Shown: positions 18,191 to 29,015 of the stretch, one piece after another
How the letters are laid out: each line of letters starts with the position of its first letter
Position numbering within the stretch: the stretch's first letter is position 1
The notes under the pieces: model-generated
Databases searched by the model: none
Seen by the model: only the letters and a program-made list of their open reading frames with translations
Told to the model about the DNA's origin: nothing
Source of the DNA: a virus
Taxonomy: Duplodnaviria > Caudoviricetes
Direction: 5' to 3' (one strand)
IMG/VR virus record: IMGVR_UViG_2879448870_000003
Coordinates: 4,864-68,863 of that record
DNA: 64,000 nt
Made by a program: the position numbers and the translations under genes

Positions 18191-19645
18191 GTGATGAAAA
18201 CGGAGAGTATAACAAAACGGATGTCTGCCTTTAAAAAGAGAATTCCTATTTATAGAAAGAGTCCAAAAACCTTTTTCAAAGAAATTCTTAACTTTAACCC
18301 AGATCAATGGCAAGAAGAAGTTTCAAGTGATATAGCAAATCACCGGTTCGTGACTGTTCGATCGGGCCAAGGAGTGGGAAAGACCGCTCTTGAGGCAGCC
18401 ATTGCCCTATGGTTCCTATGCTGCTTCCCGTATCCCCGAGTGGTTTGTACAGCACCTACAAGGCAACAGCTAAATGATGTCTTGTGGGCTGAGATCAGTA
18501 AGTGGCAATCCAAGAGCCCGATCCTAAAACGTATCCTCAAATGGACCAAAACTAAGGTATACATGAAGAACCATGAGGAGCGATGGTTTGCTACAGCAAG
18601 GACAGCGACCAAACCGGAGAACATGCAAGGGTTTCATGAGGATTACATGCTGTTCATTGTAGATGAAGCCTCAGGTGTAGATGATAGGATCATGGCTGCA
18701 ATTTTCGGTACTCTATCCGGTGAATATAATAAGCTATTCATGTGCGGGAACCCAACTAAAACGAGTGGGTTCTTTTTTGATTCTCATAATAGAGACCGAG
18801 CCATCTACAAAACGCATCAGGTATCATGCCTTGATAGTCCGCGTACCAGTAAAGAAAACATTGAAATGCTCAAGAGAAAGTATGGCGAGGGTAGTGATGT
18901 TTACCGTGTTCGAGTTCAAGGGCAATTCCCACGAGGCGAGGCCGGCACATTCATAACTCTTGAAGCTGCGGAGCATGCAGCCAAAGAGGTACAAATAAAG
19001 GTAACTGGAACAACTCTGGTTATCGGTGTAGACGTTGCCCGTTATGGCGATGATGAAACAGCAATGTACGCTGGTATAGGCAAAAAGACAGTCGGTCAAC
19101 ATAGCCATTTCAAAGAAAGCACAATGGTTACCGTGGGGAATGCTATTCGATTAGCCAAGGATATGCTACTGGAACATCCCGAGGTTGAACATGTCAAATT
19201 TAATGTCGATGACACCGGTGTCGGTGGTGGCGTAACAGATCGTCTGATCGAAGTCATTAACGAAGAAGGATACGGCTGGGAGGTGGTGCCGGTTAACAAT
19301 GGCTCATCATCGCTGGATGAGTATTGCGCTAACCTGGTTACGGAGATGTGGCAATCAATCAGGACGGACTTGGAAACCAATCTGACGAACTTCATCAATG
19401 GAGATCCAGGAGTCATGCAATTGCCGGATGATGATGTTCTAATTTCACAATTGGCCACAAGAAAATGGCGAATGACTTCAAAAGGGAAGATGATTCTTGA
19501 GAGTAAGGAAGATATGAAGAAGCGCGGACTTAAGTCACCTGACCGAGCTGACGCATATGTTCTAACATTCGGAGAATTCATGGTTGAAGAACCGGAACAC
19601 ATTATGGTTCCATCCATTGGAGGCGTAACTTTTAGAAGACAATAG
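18191..19645 (+). CDS. terL: Terminase large subunit
   Basis: Walker A SGQGVGKT, Walker B FIVDEASG, coupling GNPT, nuclease GVDVARYGDD and SPDRADA. Confidence 0.96.
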   Translation: MMKTESITKRMSAFKKRIPIYRKSPKTFFKEILNFNPDQWQEEVSSDIANHRFVTVRSGQGVGKTALEAAIALWFLCCFPYPRVVCTAPTRQQLNDVLWAEISKWQSKSPILKRILKWTKTKVYMKNHEERWFATARTATKPENMQGFHEDYMLFIVDEASGVDDRIMAAIFGTLSGEYNKLFMCGNPTKTSGFFFDSHNRDRAIYKTHQVSCLDSPRTSKENIEMLKRKYGEGSDVYRVRVQGQFPRGEAGTFITLEAAEHAAKEVQIKVTGTTLVIGVDVARYGDDETAMYAGIGKKTVGQHSHFKESTMVTVGNAIRLAKDMLLEHPEVEHVKFNVDDTGVGGGVTDRLIEVINEEGYGWEVVPVNNGSSSLDEYCANLVTEMWQSIRTDLETNLTNFINGDPGVMQLPDDDVLISQLATRKWRMTSKGKMILESKEDMKKRGLKSPDRADAYVLTFGEFMVEEPEHIMVPSIGGVTFRRQ

Positions 19646-19804
19646 CGGCATGGCCCATCAAATGAGATTACGCCGTCCACCAAGTAAATAACATGTAATG
19701 CTTCCAAGAATAAGCGGAGTATCAATTAGAAGATAATTTAAATTGTTTATCGAAGGGCGAATAAATAATTGCAACCTGAGTCAAAATATATTATAGGAGG
19801 TGCT

Positions 19805-20377
19805 ATGATGCACGATAAAGACTACCAACAATTAGTAAAACAGATTGGAGACAGAACGAACAACGATTCGGGTGAATTGTTAAATATCGAAGGGTGGGGC
19901 CCATGGGATTACAAGGATGTTTCTTTTGATGAAAAAGGACCAGAAATAATTATTCCAAGCGGTTCGTCGATGACAGGATTTATCTATTTCGAGCATCCTG
20001 GTGATGCTCTATCGAATATACGACTGATATACAATGGTGATTCTGGTGAACATCTTACTGATGATGCTTCACAAACATATGGAGGAGAAATAAAAACACG
20101 TCTTGAAACTCGTTACAATCCAGATAAAAAATTTGTTGCTTTGAATACTAGAATACTCTTTGGTTACGCTATGTCAGATTTACAGTTCATCTATGTACAT
20201 TCAGCAGATGGAGTATATGGAGCGCGTTATCCCTTGGGATTTATTCACCCAGAGTGGTCGGCTAATGATTCGTTTTTACATCTCGCATCGGCTGGTTGGG
20301 AAATCGATGGATTGCAAATGGCGGTTCATTATGGAGATGCGGTTTGTGCAATTCGAGTTCATACACGAAGAATATAA
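19805..20377 (+). CDS. Moron hypothetical protein
   Basis: AGGAGG RBS; sits between terL and portal. Confidence 0.65.
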   Translation: MMHDKDYQQLVKQIGDRTNNDSGELLNIEGWGPWDYKDVSFDEKGPEIIIPSGSSMTGFIYFEHPGDALSNIRLIYNGDSGEHLTDDASQTYGGEIKTRLETRYNPDKKFVALNTRILFGYAMSDLQFIYVHSADGVYGARYPLGFIHPEWSANDSFLHLASAGWEIDGLQMAVHYGDAVCAIRVHTRRI

Positions 20378-20586
20378 GACGACATAAAATGCAAGGATTG
20401 TCAGGTTGGAAATCCGTAGCAACAAAGAATAAAACAAATAATAGGCACAAAAAAACAGAAGGTGAATAGATAAAACTCGCCTTCTGTTTTTGTATCTGAA
20501 AATTCAAAGGAAATCTGATATCTCCTAGTATTGGAGGTGTTACAATAAAGAGGCAATAACAAATACTAGGAGAGTGATATGTTCAG

Positions 20587-21441
20587 ATGGAAGCAAATCC
20601 GAATATTCAGTATGAGTTACTAGCAAAAGAACTATACGAAATACTTCATAGGGCTGAGGGGATTAACACTATTGACATTCAACATAATGTCAAGGTTCGC
20701 GGCAGATCTGGTTGTGAACATCAAATTGATGTTTATTGGGAATTCGAAATGGTTGGGCAGAAACACAGAATTGCAATAGAATGCAAGAATTATACACACG
20801 ATATCCAGATAGGAAGAATTAGGGACTTCTTTGGTGTTGTTTATGACATAGGCAGTATTAATGGGATATTCGTTACAAAAAAAGGTTACCAGAGCGGCGC
20901 CAAAAATTTTGCTGATTACTATGGGATTTCATTACAAGAAATGAGAGAACCTAATGATGAAGATTGGGAAGGCAGAATTAGAAAAATCATTTTTGACATA
21001 ACTGCGTATTCAAGTAAGATAAAGAAAACGAATGTTGTACTTAACAAGGAGTGGTCCGAGAAAAATGGATCTGTGGAAGCAATAGATAATACTCAGTTAT
21101 ATGAACTAATGGATAAAATGGTTTTAATAAATGAAATGGGAGATAGAATAACAGATGTTTATGAATTGTCTAATCAGTTACCTAGCCCATTGAAAATAGA
21201 TAAAATTGAACTTTCCGATTTCACTGATTTAGTGCATACATTCAATTATTCAGATGCATTCATGATAATTAATGGACTCAAAGAAAAAGTAGATGAAATC
21301 ACATTTACTTATGACATAATATCAGATCAAATTATCTCAGAAGCAGAGTTCTTTGCTAAGGCCATACTAAAAGATGTAAAGTCAGGTGAAATTAAATTCT
21401 TCGACGAAGAAGGCGGTGTGAAATTACCAAAAAAGCCGTAG
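20587..21441 (+). CDS. Mrr-like PD-(D/E)xK restriction endonuclease domain protein
   Basis: YELL..., GRSGCEHQIDV, IAIECKNY, GIFVTKKGYQSGA. Confidence 0.85.
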   Translation: MEANPNIQYELLAKELYEILHRAEGINTIDIQHNVKVRGRSGCEHQIDVYWEFEMVGQKHRIAIECKNYTHDIQIGRIRDFFGVVYDIGSINGIFVTKKGYQSGAKNFADYYGISLQEMREPNDEDWEGRIRKIIFDITAYSSKIKKTNVVLNKEWSEKNGSVEAIDNTQLYELMDKMVLINEMGDRITDVYELSNQLPSPLKIDKIELSDFTDLVHTFNYSDAFMIINGLKEKVDEITFTYDIISDQIISEAEFFAKAILKDVKSGEIKFFDEEGGVKLPKKP

Positions 21442-21503
21442 TAACACCGAATAAATCCAATGATATTATTAATCCATAGAAGTATGAACGAATACAGAAG
21501 GTC

Positions 21504-21517
21504 AGGAAATTTTTCCT
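21504..21517. repeat. Dispersed palindrome copy 3 (AGGAAATTTTTCCT)
   Basis: One mismatch, flanked C...G; intergenic. Confidence 0.7.
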
Positions 21518-21551
21518 GCCTTCTATTTTTATGTCTGGAGGAATGTTACCC

Positions 21552-22010
21552 ATGAGATGCCCAGCATGTAGAACGGAAGAAGTGAAGCAGTTAAATATCG
21601 GCAAGTGTGACAAATGCATTGAGATCAGCAGGACCTGCACTGAATGTGGGTTACTGGTTGATCCATCAGCAGTATTCCTAAAGGTTGAAGATAGCCAAGA
21701 AGTCGCGCGGGGTCACAAAGACTGCATTGATCTAAAGGCAGTAGCACCAAAGAAAACCATGTTTTCTGCAGACTACCAATTTGATCCTGTACAAGATCTC
21801 ATAGCATGGGTTAATGGCATGTCTAACAAAAAGACCCAGCATCATAGCCCCAGATTAATCAAAATGCGACCAGAGATCTTTGAGAACCTTAAAGGGACTA
21901 TACCGATTGAAACGCGGTCATTGTTGTCTGATCATCAAATCATGGATTACTTCGGCATTCCACTTGAAATAGTTCCAGATCTGAAACCGCCCATTGATTA
22001 CATCTATTAA
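21552..22010 (+). CDS. Zn-finger hypothetical protein
   Basis: CPAC, CDKC, CTEC, HKDC. Confidence 0.65.
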   Translation: MRCPACRTEEVKQLNIGKCDKCIEISRTCTECGLLVDPSAVFLKVEDSQEVARGHKDCIDLKAVAPKKTMFSADYQFDPVQDLIAWVNGMSNKKTQHHSPRLIKMRPEIFENLKGTIPIETRSLLSDHQIMDYFGIPLEIVPDLKPPIDYIY

Positions 22011-22051
22011 TACAAAACAAAATGTTATTTCTGGAGTGAGGAGGTGAAAAC

Positions 22052-23512
22052 TTGAAATGGTATCATAAACTCATATATTCTGCTGCCAATGCAATCTTAC
22101 CGGCATCTGTAAAGCGTCAGATGATGGGTGTTGGCAGATCAACAGTGCCAACCAATAACAATGCCTGGGGCATATTCAATTGGCTACCGAAGAAGTACCA
22201 GCGTGCGCACACCATTGATTTCACCAAGCTGCAAAGCTACACGGCTGAAGAATTGCTTGAGCTTCTGATATCAACCCATCCGGATATTTCACATGCCTTA
22301 TATACTTACTTGCGAATGGGCGATACAGAACTGACGTTCACGGCCAAGAAGAAGACAGGCACAGACGACAAGTCTGGACAATGGGCACTGGATGCAATTA
22401 AGGAGATGCTTGAGACACCGTTGGCTTCACCTGGATATCAGCACGGACGTTCTTTGGATAAACTTGACACCGTTCAGCGCATGATGATAATGGTTCGCGG
22501 GGCATGCGCCGGTGAAGTAATTTTAAATGAGCGATGCAATGATGTAATCGACATTGTGCCAGTAGATCCGGCGTTGATCTGGTTTCGCAGGGAGCCGGTC
22601 ACGAATAGATTGGTGCCGTGGCAGTATGTCAAGAATCCCGGCAGCAGGCAGACAGGCGAAGAATGGTTCGGGCAATACAAGAAGATCGACACTCCAACCT
22701 TCATCTATGAAGAGTTCGACCCAATGGTTGATGATCCATACGGACGCACACCGTTCCTGCCGGTGCTACAAGTTGTGTTTTTCCACCTGCAGGTGCTTCA
22801 GGATCTCAAGGCGGTTGTTCACAACCAAGGCTATCCACGGTTAGACATATCCATGCTTGAGGAAATCATGCTGAAGAATATGCCGACAAGCATCAAAGGG
22901 AACGCCGCAGCACAGCAGACATGGCTCAAGGAACGAATGGACGAGATGCTAAACCATTTCAACTCACTCAATCCAGACGATGCCTTAGTCCATTGGGACA
23001 GCGTAAAGGTCGAATATTTGAAGGGCGGTAACAGTGGCCCGATGATCGACATCAAGAAGCTGATCGACATCATTGATACTCAGATGGCGACAGGTTTAAA
23101 GACGCTACTTACTTTGTTATCCCGGCACCAAGGTTCCACAGAGACATACAGCTCAGTGGATACCCAAATATATATCAAGTCCGTAGAGTCCGCCCGGAGC
23201 GTAACCAAACGTTTCTGGAAGCGGGCTTTTTCTATGGCTGTAAGAGTGCGTGGAGTACAGACACAAATAGAAGCTGACTATGCTCCGATTGACTTACGTT
23301 CTGAGATGGAACGTGAACGTGATCTAAGGTCAAAGCTAAACAATTACGTTCTAGCTGAGAAAAACTTTTACATCACTCCAGGAGAAGCGGCTACTGAAGC
23401 TCGTTGGATAATGGGACTTGACCCGAAAATCCCAGCCGAGCTGTTACCGAAACTTGAAAAGAAGCATGAAACCGATCCTACCCAACAGATTCCACCGAAT
23501 GGAGGTGAATAG
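22052..23512 (+). CDS. Portal protein
   Basis: 486 aa after terL; DDPYGRTPF motif; position in head module. Confidence 0.8.
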   Translation: MKWYHKLIYSAANAILPASVKRQMMGVGRSTVPTNNNAWGIFNWLPKKYQRAHTIDFTKLQSYTAEELLELLISTHPDISHALYTYLRMGDTELTFTAKKKTGTDDKSGQWALDAIKEMLETPLASPGYQHGRSLDKLDTVQRMMIMVRGACAGEVILNERCNDVIDIVPVDPALIWFRREPVTNRLVPWQYVKNPGSRQTGEEWFGQYKKIDTPTFIYEEFDPMVDDPYGRTPFLPVLQVVFFHLQVLQDLKAVVHNQGYPRLDISMLEEIMLKNMPTSIKGNAAAQQTWLKERMDEMLNHFNSLNPDDALVHWDSVKVEYLKGGNSGPMIDIKKLIDIIDTQMATGLKTLLTLLSRHQGSTETYSSVDTQIYIKSVESARSVTKRFWKRAFSMAVRVRGVQTQIEADYAPIDLRSEMERERDLRSKLNNYVLAEKNFYITPGEAATEARWIMGLDPKIPAELLPKLEKKHETDPTQQIPPNGGE

Positions 23513-23517
23513 CCAAT

Positions 23518-23730
23518 ATGCAACCAACAGTAGGACGTATGGTTCACTATTTCAGTTATGGTACGCCCGGCGGTGAATACAAGAGCGAACCGAGAGCGGC
23601 GGTAATTACTCAAGTTCACAATGCAACATGCGTGGACTTGTGCGTGCTCAACCCAACAGGATTGTTTTTCAATCAAAACGTTGTTCAGGGCCAAGACGGT
23701 GGTAAATGGGACTGGCCTGCAAGAGTTTGA
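23518..23730 (+). CDS. Small conserved phage protein
   Basis: PTVGRMVHY...RAAVITQV...WDWP; GGAGG RBS. Confidence 0.75.
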   Translation: MQPTVGRMVHYFSYGTPGGEYKSEPRAAVITQVHNATCVDLCVLNPTGLFFNQNVVQGQDGGKWDWPARV

Positions 23731-23805
23731 TTCTGATGCGACCTTGAGCGCGAGAGGTGATCCCAAATCTAATTTTCATTACGAGAGGGAGGTGAAAAGA
23801 AGTAA

Positions 23806-25107
23806 ATGGCAAAGCCTACAGCCGAGCAATTGGCGAAGATTAATCAGAAAGCTCTAGTACCTCTTACTGATGAACAAGTCAATGTCTTTCAGGCCAGGAT
23901 TATTGGAACCAAGCGAATAGAGAAGTACATGATGAAGGTAACTCCAAATTTCCTTCGGAAAATGGCCGATCAAGTTAAAGAAGGGGTCGCCTTACTGGTA
24001 GATCATCCTTGGCAAAAGTGGGATGCCTTATCATTTCCTTATGGACGGACCTTTGACAGCAAGATTGTTGAAGAAGGCGGCGAACTGGAACTATACGGCG
24101 ACCACTACATGGCAAAAGGCCTTGAAGCTAACGGTATCTCGACAGACCAACTGGCTATAGGCATTGATGCAGGTACAATCTTTGATACTTCAGCCGGGTT
24201 TGTTTCCACGAAACACACTTGCAGTATCTGCGGCGGGGATTATTTCAGAGGTTCGGAATGCTCTCATATGAGAGGCCAAGAGTACGAAGGTAAGGAATGC
24301 CTTGTCCTCGCTGATGATGGATACATCATGGAGAACTCCATCGTCTTTGATGGTGGATACGAAGGTGCTGGAATTACTCGCGGATCTCTCTCTGCAAAAC
24401 CTCATGAAGAAGCGGATGACCAGCAGCAAACTGAATACGAACCACTCCCCTTAGATGCGAAGTCGCTGGATGGCGATGGACGCGTCTTTTATTTTTTCAG
24501 CAATAAAGGCGGCATGAATGCTTTTGTATCCAAACAGCACCACACATTAGAACAGGCCAAGATACTGGCCGAAGGAGATGACACTGTGACAGAAGAACAA
24601 AAGGCAGCTTTAGCAGCGGCACAAACACAAGCAACTGCGCTGGCGGCTGCAAGTGGGGTGCTGGGACAAGTCCGGGTAGCGCTGGGTGTTGAGAATGATG
24701 CTGATATCACGGCGAAGCTTACAGCGCTGAGCGCTCAAGCAGCTGACGGAGCAGCATACAAGGTCAAGGTTACTGAACAAGCCTGCGGAGCCGGTGTCCG
24801 GGCATTGGGTGATGCCTTCAACGTTGAAGCAATGAAGACAGCGCTGTCCCATTTACCGGTAACTGAGATTGAGAAGATCAACGCGACCTATGAAGCCCAA
24901 GCACAGGCTGCATTGGGTGGCGGCGGACGACATACCACGGGCGAAGACCTTAATCTTCCTGAAGGAGCTCTGAGTGGTGCGGCTCCTGCAAATCCACAGA
25001 AACCTACAGATAAGACGCCGGAACAACTGAGAGAAGCGGCCAAGACTGAAGCTCGGGCATCGCTTTCTAAGACTGGCTACGGCGGAATTATGAAGGAGGC
25101 GAAATAA
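23806..25107 (+). CDS. Prohead protease/scaffold fusion
   Basis: LLVDH...GR...ENSIVFDG protease-like N-half; Ala-rich coiled C-half. Confidence 0.7.
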   Translation: MAKPTAEQLAKINQKALVPLTDEQVNVFQARIIGTKRIEKYMMKVTPNFLRKMADQVKEGVALLVDHPWQKWDALSFPYGRTFDSKIVEEGGELELYGDHYMAKGLEANGISTDQLAIGIDAGTIFDTSAGFVSTKHTCSICGGDYFRGSECSHMRGQEYEGKECLVLADDGYIMENSIVFDGGYEGAGITRGSLSAKPHEEADDQQQTEYEPLPLDAKSLDGDGRVFYFFSNKGGMNAFVSKQHHTLEQAKILAEGDDTVTEEQKAALAAAQTQATALAAASGVLGQVRVALGVENDADITAKLTALSAQAADGAAYKVKVTEQACGAGVRALGDAFNVEAMKTALSHLPVTEIEKINATYEAQAQAALGGGGRHTTGEDLNLPEGALSGAAPANPQKPTDKTPEQLREAAKTEARASLSKTGYGGIMKEAK

Positions 25108-25110
25108 AGT

Positions 25111-25491
25111 ATGAACGGAAATAATTACGGCGGATATCCCGGCCCAGGGCAAATGTTTACACAGGAGTTCACAGAGGTCCTGCTTTCTACGGATCTCCAA
25201 GCGAAACTGCCAGGCGGAATCCTTTTGAAGCAAGGTCAAGGCATTGTCAAAAAAGGGACTATCATAGGCAAGATTTCAACAGCCGGAGCAGACAAAGACA
25301 AAGCAGTGGCTTACAGTTCAGCAGCAACTAATGGCTCAGAAGTAGCGCTGTGCATCCTTGATAACGACCAGGACACTACGCTTACTGACATGCCGGCTTC
25401 GGCATGGATTGCCGGTATTTTTGATTCAGCAAAATTGACAGGTCTTGATACTGCCGCAAAAACAGCGCTCAAGCTCTGCTACTTCGGTTAA
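25111..25491 (+). CDS. Head decoration protein (lambda gpD-like)
   Basis: LKQGQG.VKKGTIIGKI...A.CIL; directly upstream of MCP. Confidence 0.8.
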   Translation: MNGNNYGGYPGPGQMFTQEFTEVLLSTDLQAKLPGGILLKQGQGIVKKGTIIGKISTAGADKDKAVAYSSAATNGSEVALCILDNDQDTTLTDMPASAWIAGIFDSAKLTGLDTAAKTALKLCYFG

Positions 25492-25505
25492 GGGAGGAAA
25501 AACAA

Positions 25506-26519
25506 TTGCCAAACGTACTTGATCCATACTACCAAACTGAGGTAGTTCAGAATATTCGCACTGATATCAATTCCTTTCGTGGAGCGCAACTGCTTACTGG
25601 CGGCGTAGATCTTAAAACGGAAACCAGCCTTACCATCGAGTATGACATCGTCAATGACGATACTGGCATGACACCACCTACTCAAATGAATGATCCATCG
25701 CCTATCCACTCTGCACCACCGGTTGGTCACATGAACTTCACCAACCAGGAATGGCGTGAAAAAGCAATTATTGATCGCGAGAAGATTGCTAAGCTTCGCA
25801 AGCCTGGTGGGCCATTGGATGAACTCTGGGGCGAAGAATACATGGTTGAGCAACTCGTCAACTTGAACGGTCGCCTTGAAACGCGATTCGAGTGGATGAG
25901 ATGGAAACCACTCTCGGGAACTCTTGTAATCCCAGCGACCAAAACTATGCCTTCAAGAACGATTGATTACAAAGTTCCTGCTGCAAACAAACCAACGGCC
26001 GCGACTCTTTGGAGCAACTTGGCTGCTGCTGATCCATTGTCTGATTTGGACCTTTGGAAGTTGCTATTCCGTGGAACCGGTGCAAGACCATATGGTTTCT
26101 TCGTAAATCAGAAGACAGACAACCTTTTGAAGCAGAATGCAAAAATCCGCGACTTGCTGAGAACACAGTATGGCCGTGATCTTATTGCTGCTGATTCATT
26201 GTCGTTCATCATTAAACAGCAGTTGGGCGGCTTGACGTATGAGGTTTATGACGGTGGATACATTGACGATGCCGGTAACTTCCAGCCATTCATTCCGGAC
26301 GGCGTTGCAATTATGGTAGGTCAAGGCATGACCGGAAACATGATGGACTTGGTAACAAGCCCTAATAACTACGAGGACATTTTCAACGGCCATGTTGGCA
26401 AGTTTGCATTGACGAAAGAAATCGGTGATGATCCAAAACAATGGACCATCGTTAATGGTGCTACCGTGCTGCCTCGTATGCGTCATACAAACTGGCATGT
26501 TTACGCGACTATCGCGTAA
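25506..26519 (+). CDS. Major capsid protein (lambda gpE-like)
   Basis: 337 aa; RLETRFEWMR..LSG, DPLSDL motifs; position. Confidence 0.88.
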   Translation: MPNVLDPYYQTEVVQNIRTDINSFRGAQLLTGGVDLKTETSLTIEYDIVNDDTGMTPPTQMNDPSPIHSAPPVGHMNFTNQEWREKAIIDREKIAKLRKPGGPLDELWGEEYMVEQLVNLNGRLETRFEWMRWKPLSGTLVIPATKTMPSRTIDYKVPAANKPTAATLWSNLAAADPLSDLDLWKLLFRGTGARPYGFFVNQKTDNLLKQNAKIRDLLRTQYGRDLIAADSLSFIIKQQLGGLTYEVYDGGYIDDAGNFQPFIPDGVAIMVGQGMTGNMMDLVTSPNNYEDIFNGHVGKFALTKEIGDDPKQWTIVNGATVLPRMRHTNWHVYATIA

Positions 26520-26533
26520 GGAAGGAGGTTAAC

Positions 26534-26944
26534 ATGACCATTGTAAGAATACTGAATGGATACGTGGGCGGTTGGGCTCCGGGGGATATCGTAAAAGATG
26601 CCCCCGAAGGTCTTATTGAAATTGCTCGGGATGGAGTTAAAAACCTAGCAACTGGTGAACTCATTGCCGAGATTATCGAAGGCGACTCAAATGGTTCAGG
26701 AGATACATCGGAGAGAGAACAGCAGCTGCAAATCGAGTTGAACGAATCCAAGAATCGTGAAGCTGAGTTGTTAGCTCAAATTGCCGAACTACAATCCAAG
26801 TCTGATAACGGAGAAGCTGACGATGAAGTGAAAGAATTGAAGGCAACGGCTAAGGAGTTGAAAATCCCTGGCAATACCAAAATGGACGCTGAAGAGTTGA
26901 AGAAGGCTATCAGCGCTGCCGGTGGTGACGGTGATGGCAAATAA
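26534..26944 (+). CDS. Head-associated protein with Rho-N/HeH-like C-terminus
   Basis: ELKATAKELKIPGNTKMDAEELKKAI. Confidence 0.7.
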   Translation: MTIVRILNGYVGGWAPGDIVKDAPEGLIEIARDGVKNLATGELIAEIIEGDSNGSGDTSEREQQLQIELNESKNREAELLAQIAELQSKSDNGEADDEVKELKATAKELKIPGNTKMDAEELKKAISAAGGDGDGK

Positions 26945-27371
26945 GATCCTCACTACGGAAACGTACCACGAGGAAATAAGAGGGCGTCTAGGAGTCGGTG
27001 AGGATGTAATATCCGATGCCGATATAGACGCCCTTTCTGTTTTAACTATTGCCGAAGCTAAGGTGATTGCAGCAGTGCCGGACTACGCCGAGTTGGTTGA
27101 TGATGATAGGAACTATGTGTATGCAGCGGCTGTAACTATGGTCGCTGCTATGCTGGCTCCATCCATGACGGCCAGAATCGCCAAGTCCAAGAAAGACTTC
27201 GATTTCTCTATTGAGAATCAAGTTGTGGACTGGCGTGCATATGGAATCCAACTGGTTGACGATGCTTATGCACTGATTGATCTGATATCTACAGTTACAC
27301 CGAGCGCTGATGCTCCGATATTCGGCGTTGCTGGTCCAACGCGATTCAAGGAAAGGTGGCGGAACTGCTAA
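26934..27371 (+). CDS. Head-tail connector/adaptor
   Basis: Position and size. Confidence 0.6.
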   Translation: MANKILTTETYHEEIRGRLGVGEDVISDADIDALSVLTIAEAKVIAAVPDYAELVDDDRNYVYAAAVTMVAAMLAPSMTARIAKSKKDFDFSIENQVVDWRAYGIQLVDDAYALIDLISTVTPSADAPIFGVAGPTRFKERWRNC

Positions 27372-27940
27372 TGTTCAAACAATTTGCTCACCGCCATTCA
27401 CCTTGTACTGTCAATGGATTGCCGGATGTCGTCATACTGTCCAGGGATACCCGAGCAACGACGATTGTCGGTAAGGAATACATGTATAATGGCGTGTTTG
27501 CGCCAACTTCCCCAGTGACTCCTGGAGACTTGATTGATAACGGGGACACGTTTCTTGTACAGACACTGCGTTTGACCACAGAGAGGGATAAATACTGTTC
27601 TTTAATCAAGACCAATGCAACAATCACCGTACAGCGCTATTCGCAAGAATACGACGATAATGACAATCCTATCGGCGATGAAGAATATAGACCCATTGCC
27701 GAGAATGTTATCGCCTTTGCTCAATACGTCACAGCGCGGCTTCGCCAGGATGATCCGGGCTTGCTGCCCTCCACATCATACACGTTGCAGTTACAAACAA
27801 CGGTTGATATAAAAGATCCGCAAGATGCCATCCACCCCGATCAAGTCATTCTGCACGGCAAGGCATATCAGGTAGATGCCGTTGATGTGGTCAAATACCC
27901 CAATCTCCTGCATGTGCAGTTATCGGACAGTGTCCGATGA
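27371..27940 (+). CDS. Head closure/stopper protein
   Basis: Position; beta-rich; GKAYQVDAVD. Confidence 0.55.
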   Translation: MFKQFAHRHSPCTVNGLPDVVILSRDTRATTIVGKEYMYNGVFAPTSPVTPGDLIDNGDTFLVQTLRLTTERDKYCSLIKTNATITVQRYSQEYDDNDNPIGDEEYRPIAENVIAFAQYVTARLRQDDPGLLPSTSYTLQLQTTVDIKDPQDAIHPDQVILHGKAYQVDAVDVVKYPNLLHVQLSDSVR

Positions 27941-28515
27941 TTACCGGATATGATGCCGTAAGGGCGTCTAAGGACCTCGAAAGCAAGTTGGCAGTTGAGA
28001 TTACCGGACTCACGAAACTGGTGTTACTGACCGCCAAGGGCGGTATACGGTATTATCCAGCAGTAAGAGACAAGATACAGATGGAAATGTTCGTGCTTGC
28101 AAACAAAATGATCGAAGGCGACATCACCGCCGACTATTGGCAGGCATGGCTTGAACAGTTCGGTAAAGGTTCCTTAATGGCCGATACTTCGCAAAACCCT
28201 GGGTTGGTTACCTACATGAATTCCGATGCATGGAACCGTCTGAGATCGCGCGGTAGGAAGGTGGTTGTCGGGCGTGGGCAAGGAAATTACAAAAGCATTG
28301 ATGGAACAATGCGATATTCAGGTGGTGGTTATGCTGGAGTGGACCTGGAGGAACTAGCTGAACGCGGTGATATTGATCCAAAGTTCAAGCCAACACCTCC
28401 AACCTATTTCCTGCGTATCGCTATCCAGTCCAACCGAACCCGAATCCTGCAAGGCATCGCAGAGGTAATTGAAAACTTCCCGTACCACCGGTACTTTCTG
28501 GAGGACAAGCAATGA
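27937..28515 (+). CDS. Tail completion (neck) protein
   Basis: WLEQFGKGS and PPTYFLRIA, resembling HK97 gp10-like motifs. Confidence 0.55.
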   Translation: MITGYDAVRASKDLESKLAVEITGLTKLVLLTAKGGIRYYPAVRDKIQMEMFVLANKMIEGDITADYWQAWLEQFGKGSLMADTSQNPGLVTYMNSDAWNRLRSRGRKVVVGRGQGNYKSIDGTMRYSGGGYAGVDLEELAERGDIDPKFKPTPPTYFLRIAIQSNRTRILQGIAEVIENFPYHRYFLEDKQ

Positions 28516-28946
28516 GTTTACAACTGATTGACGCTATACAGAACACACACAAGGCTGACGCGGCGTTCATGGCTTTGCTTAAGCTTTTACCTACTGCAAA
28601 CGGCGAGCAGATGGCGGCGCGATTTACAAAAGGCGTGGAGCCGGAAATTGTGGTCTCCAAGGATACAGTACCTCATATCTGTCAGTACATTATGCCGGGT
28701 CAATATGGTAGAAATCATCTTGTTTTTAAAGGGAAGTTTTGTTTGGACTTTTACGGAAAGACGGGATATGAAGCGAAACTGCTGTTCGAAAGATCATTCA
28801 AGCTTTTTCATGACGACCATATTATTCAACCGGGATTCAATTCCTTCCGTTGTAGTCTTGCTTATGATGGCGACTTTTCCACTGGCATAGCCGGCGTCAA
28901 AGGCTACAAAGGAATTTATGATGTCGATTATATCCGTACGAATTAA
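28512..28946 (+). CDS. Tail terminator protein
   Basis: Position upstream of major tail gene; 144 aa. Confidence 0.55.
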   Translation: MSLQLIDAIQNTHKADAAFMALLKLLPTANGEQMAARFTKGVEPEIVVSKDTVPHICQYIMPGQYGRNHLVFKGKFCLDFYGKTGYEAKLLFERSFKLFHDDHIIQPGFNSFRCSLAYDGDFSTGIAGVKGYKGIYDVDYIRTN

Positions 28947-29015
28947 GCAGGATAGCAGGATAAACGGCAGTATAAAGTATAAGTGAAGAAATACGAGGAA
29001 CGGGGTGAACCATTG

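Noticed and set aside
19096-19725. Long antisense ORFs (also 45015-45674, 33604-34143, 39498-39977)
   Set aside because: Shadows of well-supported plus-strand genes, with no RBS or motifs
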